The notes below the pieces were generated by a model. It did no database searches. It was not told the origin of the DNA and saw only the letters and a program-made list of their open reading frames with translations. The position numbers and the translations under genes were made by a program. A stretch of DNA of 64,000 nt from a virus (lineage: Duplodnaviria > Caudoviricetes): IMG/VR virus record IMGVR_UViG_3300021425_003554; one strand, written 5' to 3'. Every line of letters starts with the position of its first letter. The stretch's first letter is position 1. Shown here one piece after another: positions 55,750-64,000 of this stretch.

Positions 55750-56133
55750 TTAGTCCGCTCTACTTTCTGAATAAACCCTCATTCCATATTTTTCAAGTTC
55801 ATTGGCAAAGGCATCACAGGCTATTTCTTTTATGCTCATCGATTGAGTCATTCTGTATTGATGATCTTTTGGCATGATGTCATAGTAAGATATCCTGTAT
55901 CCACCTCTGAAACCCGAATCACCTATTCCGTTGTTCTTACAGAACTTGACGAATCGTCCTCTCGCCGGATGTATTGAAACATTGGCGAAACCACAGTATA
56001 ATGGTTCACCGTGTTTGGCTGTATAGGCATCAACAGCCTCAATCGCTCGGTTTCTGGCATTATCAAACATAACCCCAGGTTCAATACCTTCTGCATTAAA
56101 TTTTAATAAAGTTTTATTGTCTTCTGTAATCAT
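55750..56133 (-). CDS. Early hypothetical phage protein
   Basis: CGFANV..QSMSIKE..AFA..L; AGGAGGTGT RBS. Confidence 0.7.
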   Translation of the reverse strand: MITEDNKTLLKFNAEGIEPGVMFDNARNRAIEAVDAYTAKHGEPLYCGFANVSIHPARGRFVKFCKNNGIGDSGFRGGYRISYYDIMPKDHQYRMTQSMSIKEIACDAFANELEKYGMRVYSESRAD

Positions 56134-56163
56134 TACACCTCCTGTTTTAAAAATTACTCTTTC

Positions 56164-56290
56164 ATTATAACATGGATGGTATTATGGTCAACCTGACTAA
56201 TAACTCGCATAAAATGGAAGTTTTTTGTTCGGCTTTATATATTATAATATAACTTTACCAGGTTGACCGTATTTGGTTCCGTGTTATAAT
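56164..56290. promoter_or_regulatory. Divergent early promoter pair with shared upstream motif
   Basis: Minus 56164-56193 and plus 56261-56290, both GGTTGAC-N17-TATAAT; motif 56202-56226. Confidence 0.8.
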
Positions 56291-56296
56291 GACAGT

Positions 56297-56572
56297 ATGA
56301 TATATTTGGAAACAAAAAACGGTCAAATGGTCAAATCTTTGGAAACCTTGTATGAAGAATTCATAGATGGATACATCCAAGGCAATTTCATCGAAGGGGT
56401 CTGCTCTTGGAACGGAGACGATGCTTTGATGGGACCTAGATCATTCTCACATAAATTCAAAAAAGAAGCATCCAAATTGGGATTTGGTTATGAAGAATAC
56501 ATTGGTTTCGCCAATGAGTTGGAAGAGTGGTGCCAATCATATCTAGGTAATTTGGAGATGAAATTTAGATGA
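56297..56572 (+). CDS. Hypothetical protein (leaderless)
   Basis: ATG 6 nt after TATAAT. Confidence 0.6.
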   Translation: MIYLETKNGQMVKSLETLYEEFIDGYIQGNFIEGVCSWNGDDALMGPRSFSHKFKKEASKLGFGYEEYIGFANELEEWCQSYLGNLEMKFR

Positions 56573-56775
56573 GTATAGAAGGATTGATAGGCGGAGTGAT
56601 GATGTTGATGGCATCTGTGTCAAACACGGGCACGGTGGATTCAAAAACTGTCTGGAATGCTGTGGTACTTGCGGACAAGGCCATGATCAAGACCGAACAA
56701 GGCACTTGGGGTGATTCGATCCACGAGGAATCATATCAGATAATCAAGGATACCATTAGGAAAATTGGTAGATAG
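56569..56775 (+). CDS. Small exported hypothetical protein
   Basis: GGAG RBS, hydrophobic N-terminus. Confidence 0.55.
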   Translation: MSIEGLIGGVMMLMASVSNTGTVDSKTVWNAVVLADKAMIKTEQGTWGDSIHEESYQIIKDTIRKIGR

Positions 56776-56776
56776 A

Positions 56777-57250
56777 TTATTTAGGCTTAACTATTTTAGA
56801 CTTCTGTAATTTCTTTTTAGAGGCGAGACCCTTACCTTTTTTCAACTTCTTGCCTTTTTTCATTTTGGCAGTTCCGGTCTTCCTTTGCCCGATCTGTATG
56901 TTTTTCAATCTAGTGGATGCTCCACCTGACTTTATTGTTCTTGCTCTCTTCTGGGCGGTCTGCTTGGCTTTGGCCAATCGTTTCTGTGAAATCTTGGCAC
57001 CTGTTTTTGGTTTCAAAGGTGCGGAACAGGTATCCTGGTTGGCCACGATACGACCTTTCCTAGGACCTGCTATACATCTAAAACCTCTTTTCAAACCCTT
57101 GCCTTTGGTTCTTCGGAGGATTTGACCTATGCCTTCTGCTATGGCCGAATGGTCCGATGATGATACTATATCTTGTGCCACAATATCTTGTGCCTTTGAT
57201 TCGGTTATGGCACTAGAAGATTTGATTTGGATGATTTCGTTAATTCTCAT
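56777..57250 (-). CDS. Lys/Arg-rich late protein
   Basis: ATAAATA upstream; FRCIAGPRKGRIVA motif. Confidence 0.65.
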   Translation of the reverse strand: MRINEIIQIKSSSAITESKAQDIVAQDIVSSSDHSAIAEGIGQILRRTKGKGLKRGFRCIAGPRKGRIVANQDTCSAPLKPKTGAKISQKRLAKAKQTAQKRARTIKSGGASTRLKNIQIGQRKTGTAKMKKGKKLKKGKGLASKKKLQKSKIVKPK

Positions 57251-57447
57251 TATGACACTATTTATGGATCTTACACACCTTACAACCCGCTTAAGAACTT
57301 AAACACTCTTATAACTTAATCGCTTATAGGTTATAACTTAACCGCTGAACTGTTCTAAAACTGACACTATTACATGACAATGACAAAGTTGATCTTGCTC
57401 TTTTGTAACAATGATATAAGATCAACTTTAGACGGTTAAATACACAT

Positions 57448-57684
57448 ATGCGAATATTTGAAGTGATACAACTCAAAGACAACATAGGACCCGCACCGCG
57501 TGGCGTGTGTTCCAAACCCACATCATCACTGCCGGCATCGTGGGTGTCATCTTGTAAATCACAAGGTAAACGAAAAAGAACCGGTGCTAGGAAACAAAAA
57601 GTCAAAGGAAAAACCATCAAGGTTGCCAATAAAAGAATCAAGGGCAAGAAATATGGCGGCCCTCTGCCCGATTACTCCGCTTAA
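57448..57684 (+). CDS. Small basic late protein
   Basis: TTAAATA 5 nt before ATG; GPAPRGVC..SCKSQG..YGGPLP. Confidence 0.65.
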   Translation: MRIFEVIQLKDNIGPAPRGVCSKPTSSLPASWVSSCKSQGKRKRTGARKQKVKGKTIKVANKRIKGKKYGGPLPDYSA

Positions 57685-57757
57685 CATCAAAAAATTAAAA
57701 ACCTAATAGCGAGCCAAACTGCTATACAAAACCTAATAGCGAGCCATAATTAACTGT

Positions 57758-58897
57758 ATGCGTATAGGATTTGTAGGACTTGGTAAATTGGGTATGCCTT
57801 GTGCGGAAGCCATGGCCGAACGTGGTACCACAGTGAGTGGCTATGACATAGTGCCAAAAGTCAGTGAATACATTGATATAAAGTCTAACATCAGAGAAGC
57901 AGTGGAAGGGCAGGACATAGTGTTCGTGGCCACACCCACTCCACACACAGAAGGCTATGATGGTAGGAATCCAACCAGTCATCTAGAGCCACGTGACTTC
58001 AATTACGACGCCGTGATAGAAGTTCTGAAACAATGTGATCAACACATGAACAAAGATCAGATACTGGTATTGATATCAACGGTGTTGCCTGGAACCACTC
58101 GCAGAGAGTTTGATCCTTTGATAAAAAACACTCGCTTTGTATATAATCCTTATTTGATCGCCATGGGAACAGTGAAAGCAGATTTCCTATCTCCAGAGAT
58201 GTTGATAGTGGGCACCAAGAATGGTAGCATGACAGAGGAAGCAAACACCCTGATCAATTTTTATCAAAAAGTTTTGGGATATTTTCCCAGGATAGAAACA
58301 GGCACATGGGAAGAAGCGGAAGCCATAAAGATATTCTACAACACATTCATATCCACAAAGATCGCTCTGGTCAACATGATACAGGACGTGGCACAGAAGT
58401 TGGGCAACACCAATGTTGATAGAGTGACCACAGCATTGGCCAACAGCACCAAACGTATAATAAGTTCAAAGTACATGAAAGCAGGCATGGGAGATGGTGG
58501 AGCCTGTCATCCCAGGGACAACATCGCCCTGAGATGGTTATCCAAAGAACTGAAATTGGGTTATGATCTTTTTGATGCTGTGATGACTGCTCGTGAACGT
58601 CAGGCGGAAAACATGGCATTGGAAATATTGAAGTATGGAAACAATATACATTTCACTTCCGACAGTTACAAACCCGGAACAAATCTCACCGATGGATCAT
58701 ACAGTATTTTGGTTCAACATTATGTAAATAAACACGGAGGACAGTTGGTTAACGGATTTGATAATGTTGTGGAAGTAATTGTGAGAGTGCATGAGTCAGA
58801 TCAATTCACAACAGACGACAAAGTGATTATCTTCGATCCATGGAGGACATACCCCAAAGCAGACAACGTGATTTATTATGGCGAGACTACCCAGTAA
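57758..58897 (+). CDS. UDP-glucose/GDP-mannose 6-dehydrogenase family
   Basis: GFVGLGKLG, FVATPTP, STVLPGTT, KIFYN, GDGGACHPRD, YKPGT. Confidence 0.92.
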   Translation: MRIGFVGLGKLGMPCAEAMAERGTTVSGYDIVPKVSEYIDIKSNIREAVEGQDIVFVATPTPHTEGYDGRNPTSHLEPRDFNYDAVIEVLKQCDQHMNKDQILVLISTVLPGTTRREFDPLIKNTRFVYNPYLIAMGTVKADFLSPEMLIVGTKNGSMTEEANTLINFYQKVLGYFPRIETGTWEEAEAIKIFYNTFISTKIALVNMIQDVAQKLGNTNVDRVTTALANSTKRIISSKYMKAGMGDGGACHPRDNIALRWLSKELKLGYDLFDAVMTARERQAENMALEILKYGNNIHFTSDSYKPGTNLTDGSYSILVQHYVNKHGGQLVNGFDNVVEVIVRVHESDQFTTDDKVIIFDPWRTYPKADNVIYYGETTQ

Positions 58898-59255
58898 AAC
58901 GGTAATGAGAAAGTTCGGAACTTTCAACAAGATGAGTAAGATCTATTCCCCACACAGAAAAAGTTTCATATTCGAAGGCAGAGTTTACTGGATACATTTC
59001 AAAACAGTCGAGGAAGCATTAGATTATTTTTTTACTCCAAAGGCACTGGCAAGTTACAAATACTGTCATAGATTTGAAAAAAAGTTGATTGACAATTATT
59101 CATTACACTGGACCATTGATTTTGGTGTGCCCGAAAATCCCAATGAAAAACCCTGGGCCGACCGCTGGAAAGATATCAAAGAGATGTTGACAGATCGGGG
59201 TTTGTGGTTCAATCATCCAACAACAATCACACACGACGCTCCTCATCTATTTTAA
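58878..59255 (+). CDS. Hypothetical protein
   Basis: GGAG RBS, overlaps upstream gene end. Confidence 0.6.
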   Translation: MARLPSKTVMRKFGTFNKMSKIYSPHRKSFIFEGRVYWIHFKTVEEALDYFFTPKALASYKYCHRFEKKLIDNYSLHWTIDFGVPENPNEKPWADRWKDIKEMLTDRGLWFNHPTTITHDAPHLF

Positions 59256-59261
59256 AGTCAT

Positions 59262-59297
59262 AAAAAAAGGGCGACACATTTCTGTACTGCCCTTTTT
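59262..59297. terminator. Bidirectional intrinsic terminator
   Basis: A-run GGGC..GCCC T-run between convergent genes. Confidence 0.8.
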
Positions 59298-59308
59298 ATA
59301 CTCTAAAT

Positions 59309-59509
59309 TTATGCTACTGATAGATTCACAGCACTAGGTCCTTTTGGACCATCCTGTGTTTCAAACGTAACCGTGTCGCCTTCGTTCAACGAGTTTAGGC
59401 CTGCGGCCTCCACTGCTGAGATGTGTACGAACACATCCTTGTCTTCGCTGGCGATGAATCCAAAACCCTTGGAGGCGTTGAACCATTTAACTGTTCCTTG
59501 ATTGCTCAT
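59309..59509 (-). CDS. cspA: Cold-shock protein
   Basis: GTVKWFN..KGFGFI, DVFVHIS, GPSAVNL. Confidence 0.97.
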   Translation of the reverse strand: MSNQGTVKWFNASKGFGFIASEDKDVFVHISAVEAAGLNSLNEGDTVTFETQDGPKGPSAVNLSVA

Positions 59510-59628
59510 GTTTGCTCTTTCTTTATTGTTTATGTTATGAGGTAGTCTGTATCTAAAATAGGGCGGGAGGTTTGTTATATCTTCTGCGTCTTGTCTTGTT
59601 ACTCTTGTCTCATCTTTACTTATGCCTT

Positions 59629-59660
59629 AAAAAAAGGGCGATAGTTTCCTACCGCCCTTT
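59629..59660 (-). terminator. Intrinsic terminator
   Basis: AAAGGGCGGTAG-GAAA-CTATCGCCC followed by T7. Confidence 0.85.
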
Positions 59661-59684
59661 AACAACTAAATCTAAACGATTAGA

Positions 59685-59999
59685 TTATGCAGAAAAGTTA
59701 ATTACTTTTCTTCCAGACTTTTTAAGTAATGAAATAATGTTTGATTTCATTTCTAATGCTGATGATTGAGGAGCAACTCCTAATACATTAACATTAAAGT
59801 CAATACCTTTAGATAACAACTTGTTAGTCGCTGTTTTTCTTGCAGTGTTTTTAACTGCTAGGTTTTTGAACTTGATTTTACCACCATGAACTGAACCGTT
59901 CACTGTGTAAGCCTTAGCCGGCTCCGCGAATACACCGATTTGTTTAGCTCTTGATTTGAACTCTCTAGTGTATACAACGTATTGTGTGCTTTTTGCCAT
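59685..59999 (-). CDS. Small basic host-like hypothetical protein
   Basis: AAGGAAG RBS; biased codon usage (AAA, GCT, AAC); own terminator. Confidence 0.7.
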   Translation of the reverse strand: MAKSTQYVVYTREFKSRAKQIGVFAEPAKAYTVNGSVHGGKIKFKNLAVKNTARKTATNKLLSKGIDFNVNVLGVAPQSSALEMKSNIISLLKKSGRKVINFSA

Positions 60000-60174
60000 T
60001 TTCTCTTCCTTTGTAGTTTTAGAAGAGGTTGTTTTTTTACCAAATAGATTAAAAAACATAGTTGCCTCTTTCTGTTAATTTAGATGAAGAATTTATTTTC
60101 AACATCATATTAAAATATATTTTACACTAAAAAGTTGTTTTGGTCAACCTTTAAAAAAGGCTGTAAAAATGGAA

Positions 60175-60630
60175 TTAATTGTCCTTGACTTTGGGCACAT
60201 GAAATAAATCTATGCCTTTATCTAGCAATTTGTTTGTTTCTTCTTCTGTGGCTGTGCCAAAAAACTGATCATTTCTTTCACCTTGATCACATTTGATGGC
60301 TTCCTCGTAGAATCTATTGCCCACGTTCTCAAAATTTTTGGTAATGTATTTGCCAATACGTCTCAGTACATTGGAAGCCTGTGAAGCCGGCATCATTTGT
60401 TCAGAAGACAGAGATTCCTCTCTCATTTGTTGTAGTCTTTCTTTCTTGGATTCAGATCTTGTTTTTGTTTTCTTGACATTGGGCGCCATGATGGCCTTGT
60501 TGACATAGGGACTGTCGCACACAGGACAAAGCAGTTGTCCTTTTTTCTTTTGTTTGGTAAATTCTTTACTATCTGGAAACCAACCGTCAAACTCGTGATC
60601 CAAATCACAGATAAGTCGATATTTTATCAT
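60175..60630 (-). CDS. DUF1178 family protein
   Basis: MIKYRLIC..HEFDGWF..LLCPVC..KAIMAP..NFENVG.RFYEEA. Confidence 0.9.
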   Translation of the reverse strand: MIKYRLICDLDHEFDGWFPDSKEFTKQKKKGQLLCPVCDSPYVNKAIMAPNVKKTKTRSESKKERLQQMREESLSSEQMMPASQASNVLRRIGKYITKNFENVGNRFYEEAIKCDQGERNDQFFGTATEEETNKLLDKGIDLFHVPKVKDN

Positions 60631-60689
60631 ATACATACTTATTATAAAAGCAATTTGACAACAAGTCAATATTGTATTAGTATTATTAC

Positions 60690-61235
60690 ATGAAGTATAA
60701 AATTGAGGACACAGTAGACAAAACAGGAGAACCTGTTTCGATATGGCATTCTGATTGTTTCGTACAAAACAAAGAACTTTACACGATATATGAAAAATCA
60801 ATAGCCTTCATGATGGAGAAAGGCTGGGCAATGAATCCATCAGGACTCATAAAGTCCGATCACAAGGTTATATTTGCAGAGAACAAGGATGGACGACCCA
60901 TGGGAGGAGTTGTGTATGAATACCATCCATGGAATAGGCAAGGATGGATCGTGTTAATTTTCACAGCGGACGAATTCAGAGGCAGACATATTTACAGTCT
61001 ACTACAAAAAGCACTCGAAGATGAGACCATCAAGTTGGGTGGTACCAGCATAGCCAGTCTGGCACACAAGGACAATGAACCCAGAATCAAGGCAGGAGCC
61101 AGGGAAGGAATGCATCCACAATATCTTCGATTGTACAAAGATCTTTCCAATGAGTTAGAAAAAAGAAAAACTTATATGCAAATCAAATTAAAAAAAGAAT
61201 GGAAAGACATCACTAAAGAAAGATGGAGAGGCTAA
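60690..61235 (+). CDS. GNAT-family acetyltransferase-like protein
   Basis: IFTADEFRGRHIYSLL acetyl-CoA motif A variant. Confidence 0.65.
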   Translation: MKYKIEDTVDKTGEPVSIWHSDCFVQNKELYTIYEKSIAFMMEKGWAMNPSGLIKSDHKVIFAENKDGRPMGGVVYEYHPWNRQGWIVLIFTADEFRGRHIYSLLQKALEDETIKLGGTSIASLAHKDNEPRIKAGAREGMHPQYLRLYKDLSNELEKRKTYMQIKLKKEWKDITKERWRG

Positions 61236-61236
61236 C

Positions 61237-61422
61237 ATGGCGTTAGAAATCAAACACAAAAACAAAATCGAAGAATACACACTGACCAATGAAGAACTAC
61301 AAATACAAATTAAATTATTATCGGCACAGATAGGTAATCTAGAAGTTCAAATAGCAGATTATAAACAGATTGTTGTAGAACTTTCACAAAAAATTAAAAA
61401 TTTAGAGGCACAAATAAAGTAG
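61237..61422 (+). CDS. Coiled-coil small protein
   Basis: Heptad pattern, GAGG RBS. Confidence 0.55.
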   Translation: MALEIKHKNKIEEYTLTNEELQIQIKLLSAQIGNLEVQIADYKQIVVELSQKIKNLEAQIK

Positions 61423-61475
61423 ATATCAGTTAAATATATAGACAACAAGCAAAAATGTGTTAATATATTAAAATT

Positions 61476-61781
61476 ATGAAAAGAAGAACAAAAAGTATCC
61501 TCGAAGAATTAAGTTCAGTAAGAATTAACAAAGATGAATCTGAGCATTTTGTGGAGTCTAGAGCATCGCATATCATCGACTCTGCCATAAATTTGATATA
61601 TTTCATAAGAGAAAATTTTACCCCGGAGACTGCTTACATCCTAGAAAAAAAGTTTAATTCGTCGATAAAGAACCTCGATGCCAGTAAGTTCACAAGAGGT
61701 GTCAACAAACTAAAAGATCTAAAAGAAGTCAAGAAGTCTTTAACTATCAAAGAGGGTGAATTACAAGAAGAGGACGACTAA
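61476..61781 (+). CDS. Hypothetical phage protein
   Basis: Coupled to 61781 ORF. Confidence 0.7.
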   Translation: MKRRTKSILEELSSVRINKDESEHFVESRASHIIDSAINLIYFIRENFTPETAYILEKKFNSSIKNLDASKFTRGVNKLKDLKEVKKSLTIKEGELQEEDD

Positions 61782-63001
61782 TGTTAATTGAAGAAGTCCT
61801 TAGAGAGTTCAAAAGAACACACCTAGAGCACATTGAAGATATTATCCTCACATCCGGATATCAAGGAGGTGAAGCAGTAGTCGGCTATTTCACTGACATA
61901 TATAATATGCTGAAAGGACAGAGTTCAACAGCATTACAGATGTCAGTGAAATGGGATGGTGCTCCTGCTGTTATTTGTGGCATCAATCCTGCAAATGGAA
62001 AATTTTTCGTTGGTACCAAATCAGTATTTGCCAAATCACCAAAAATAAATTATACCAAAAAAGATATCGCAACAAATCACGGAACTGGAGATTTGGGAGA
62101 GAAACTATTAAAATGTTTGGTGCATTTGTCCAAATTGAACATACAAGGAGTTGTACAGGGAGATATGATGTTTACCGACAACGATCTTGTGAGACAAAAG
62201 ATCAACGGAGAAAACTTTATCACATTCAAACCCAACGAAATTGTTTATGCTGTTCCCGAAAATTCCGAAATAGGCAAAACGATATCACAAGCAAAAGTAG
62301 GAATTATTTTTCACACAACATACACAGGTGAATCATTGGGAGAAATGAACGCCCAAGCAGGCGCAGATATATCTTCTTTCGTTAAAACTAACGATGTATG
62401 GTATGACAACGCCACTTATAAAAATGTTTCGGGCTCGGCCACTTTTACAGCATCTGAATCTAAAAGTTTTGCCAGTGGTATCCAAACACTAAAAAAACTT
62501 TTGTCAAACGTTCCACAAAATTTATCAGCCATGTTATCAACCAACAAAGAGTTCATTCCGATGTTCCAGATGTTTATAAACTCAGAAGTCAAACAAGGAC
62601 GTTTGCCTGATAACGTCAATCAATTTCTAAAAGGTTTTCAAGAATTCTATGTTGCAAGAATGAATCAACAAATGGCTGGACTGAAAGCACAAAAGGCCAT
62701 TCAACTAAGACAACAAAAAATGAAACAGATGCCGGCATTTATGAACACAATAAAAAAACCATTACAGGTCATGCTGACTTTTTACAAACAAGTGCAAATA
62801 CTAAAAGCAGAAGCACTCCAAAAAATGAACCAAGCCATGCAGGTTGGCACATTTGCTCAGACTGAGAATGGTTTGGAAGTCACAGACCCGGAAGGTTTTG
62901 TTGCTGTTGGATCGGACGGTGGTGCAGTCAAATTAGTGGACAGGCTCACATTCTCAAGAAGAAACTTGAGTGCCATCAAAAAATTTGATAAAACCCAATA
63001 A
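61781..63001 (+). CDS. DUF6267-like protein with ligase-superfamily motifs
   Basis: HLEHIED, VKWDG (KxDG), VQGD, PEGFV, KLVDR. Confidence 0.7.
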   Translation: MLIEEVLREFKRTHLEHIEDIILTSGYQGGEAVVGYFTDIYNMLKGQSSTALQMSVKWDGAPAVICGINPANGKFFVGTKSVFAKSPKINYTKKDIATNHGTGDLGEKLLKCLVHLSKLNIQGVVQGDMMFTDNDLVRQKINGENFITFKPNEIVYAVPENSEIGKTISQAKVGIIFHTTYTGESLGEMNAQAGADISSFVKTNDVWYDNATYKNVSGSATFTASESKSFASGIQTLKKLLSNVPQNLSAMLSTNKEFIPMFQMFINSEVKQGRLPDNVNQFLKGFQEFYVARMNQQMAGLKAQKAIQLRQQKMKQMPAFMNTIKKPLQVMLTFYKQVQILKAEALQKMNQAMQVGTFAQTENGLEVTDPEGFVAVGSDGGAVKLVDRLTFSRRNLSAIKKFDKTQ

Positions 63002-64000
63002 GGTTTTGTTTATTTCATTCTGTAGAGCAGACCTATTAAAAAAATGTTTTGAATTGTGGTCTCTGATAAGTGTTGACTCTTTGTATAACTCTTCGGCTTT
63101 CTGATCTTTCAAAAACTTACACAACTTAACAATGGCATCAATTCTTTTATCACTGTCATTTTCTTTATCATAACTCTCGTCGAACAAGGTACTGAAAGTT
63201 TTAAATCCCATCTCATTTAACTCCTGTAGATAATTTGGTTTGCTGTGTACTATGAATATCTGTTTCATTAATATGGGTTTCCATATTTTTTCTGTTATGA
63301 ATGTCTCACCAAAGTCGTGTGTTTCCGAAACTATATTGTAGGAAGAATGATTGTACGGAAGTTCATAGATGTCTCTATCTTTTCCGTACTTTGGATAATT
63401 GTTGACATCCACCCATGGTAATTCATATTTTGGATCTAAGTTTTTGTTTTCGCTAAGGAAACTGTACAAACTATCGGCCAATAATCCCTCTGACTGTAAC
63501 TTTTTAAACAGTTTTATCCTGTGAGGTCTTTCCTGTTTGTTTAGATAAAAAAAATCAAATGTTTTTTTTGAATGATCTATGTCAAATTTCTGATCTTTGT
63601 ACCTTTCAAACATCATCCACCAAAACCAACTTGATCCCCCGGTCCAGTAGGTATATCTGTTTTCTTCTATGACGATTTTTCTTAATTGCTTTATGATTGT
63701 GTGCTTGGACTCCCAGGGATTTGAAATTATCATAACAAACTTGTTTTTGACAAGATATTCGATTCGATCGTACAAGTCTTTCCAATAAAAATCATTTTCC
63801 CATAATTTGTAGTTTCCTATTCGATGATCTATCACAGCAAACTTTCTTTTATACTTTTTTAAATCATAAGAGGGTATGGAGTACCAATCACTGGTGCATT
63901 CAAATGTTTGATCATTCAACGAATGCATATCGATAAAAGATTGTAACTGTTGATGGTTTCCAGTCTTGAGTATATCGGTTAATATTAAGTTGTGTTCCAT
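62954..64000 (-). CDS. Glycosyltransferase-like phage protein (GT10/exostosin-like C-terminus)
   Basis: YLNK..RPHR, NIVSET..FITEKIWKPI, GFKTF..FDESYD; may extend beyond the window. Confidence 0.6.
   Translation of the reverse strand: MEHNLILTDILKTGNHQQLQSFIDMHSLNDQTFECTSDWYSIPSYDLKKYKRKFAVIDHRIGNYKLWENDFYWKDLYDRIEYLVKNKFVMIISNPWESKHTIIKQLRKIVIEENRYTYWTGGSSWFWWMMFERYKDQKFDIDHSKKTFDFFYLNKQERPHRIKLFKKLQSEGLLADSLYSFLSENKNLDPKYELPWVDVNNYPKYGKDRDIYELPYNHSSYNIVSETHDFGETFITEKIWKPILMKQIFIVHSKPNYLQELNEMGFKTFSTLFDESYDKENDSDKRIDAIVKLCKFLKDQKAEELYKESTLIRDHNSKHFFNRSALQNEINKTLLGFIKFFDGTQVSS

Noticed and set aside
40955-56290. CRISPR array or IS/MITE interpretation of the repeated intergenic elements
   Set aside because: Spacing is kilobases and irregular with genes in between; no cas or transposase genes; repeats contain promoter consensus
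1-64000. Genome-wide stop-codon reassignment suggested by the two in-frame TAA interruptions
   Set aside because: TAA terminates most well-identified genes (helicase, primase, ClpP, CspA, porin), and no UUA-anticodon suppressor tRNA was seen

Overview
This 64-kb window most likely comes from a large, AT-rich tailed phage with T4-like replication and late-promoter features, probably infecting a marine alphaproteobacterium such as SAR11 (host is inference from porin, DctP, DUF1178, CspA and low GC). It contains: a glycan-modification cluster (1-6 kb); a replication block with UvsW-like helicase, stand-alone Hint-like protein, clamp-loader subunit, 199-aa mini-DnaE, primase and DnaB-like helicase (6.6-15.6 kb); an auxiliary-metabolism island with porin, three radical SAM enzymes, Fe/2OG oxygenases, FTR1, ClpP, BKACE, a split DctP, three asparagine-synthetase-like paralogs and D-glutamate cyclase, plus three standard tRNAs (15.7-36.5 kb); a GC-richer, partly non-coding region carrying an atypical tRNA-like gene followed by an unusual pseudoknot (36.5-39.2 kb); a minus-strand array of small early genes driven by repeated sigma70 promoter cassettes (39-56 kb); and host-like genes with a ligase-like ORF (57-64 kb). 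The most novel signals are structured RNAs (atypical tRNA with its pseudoknot trailer, tandem CCAC-loop pseudoknots, anti-SD hairpins), modular promoter cassettes with an element found in both orientations, block-mosaic paralogs, and the split signal-less DctP. No CRISPR array, rRNA, integrase or transposase was seen. All family calls rest on motif recognition by eye, not database searches.
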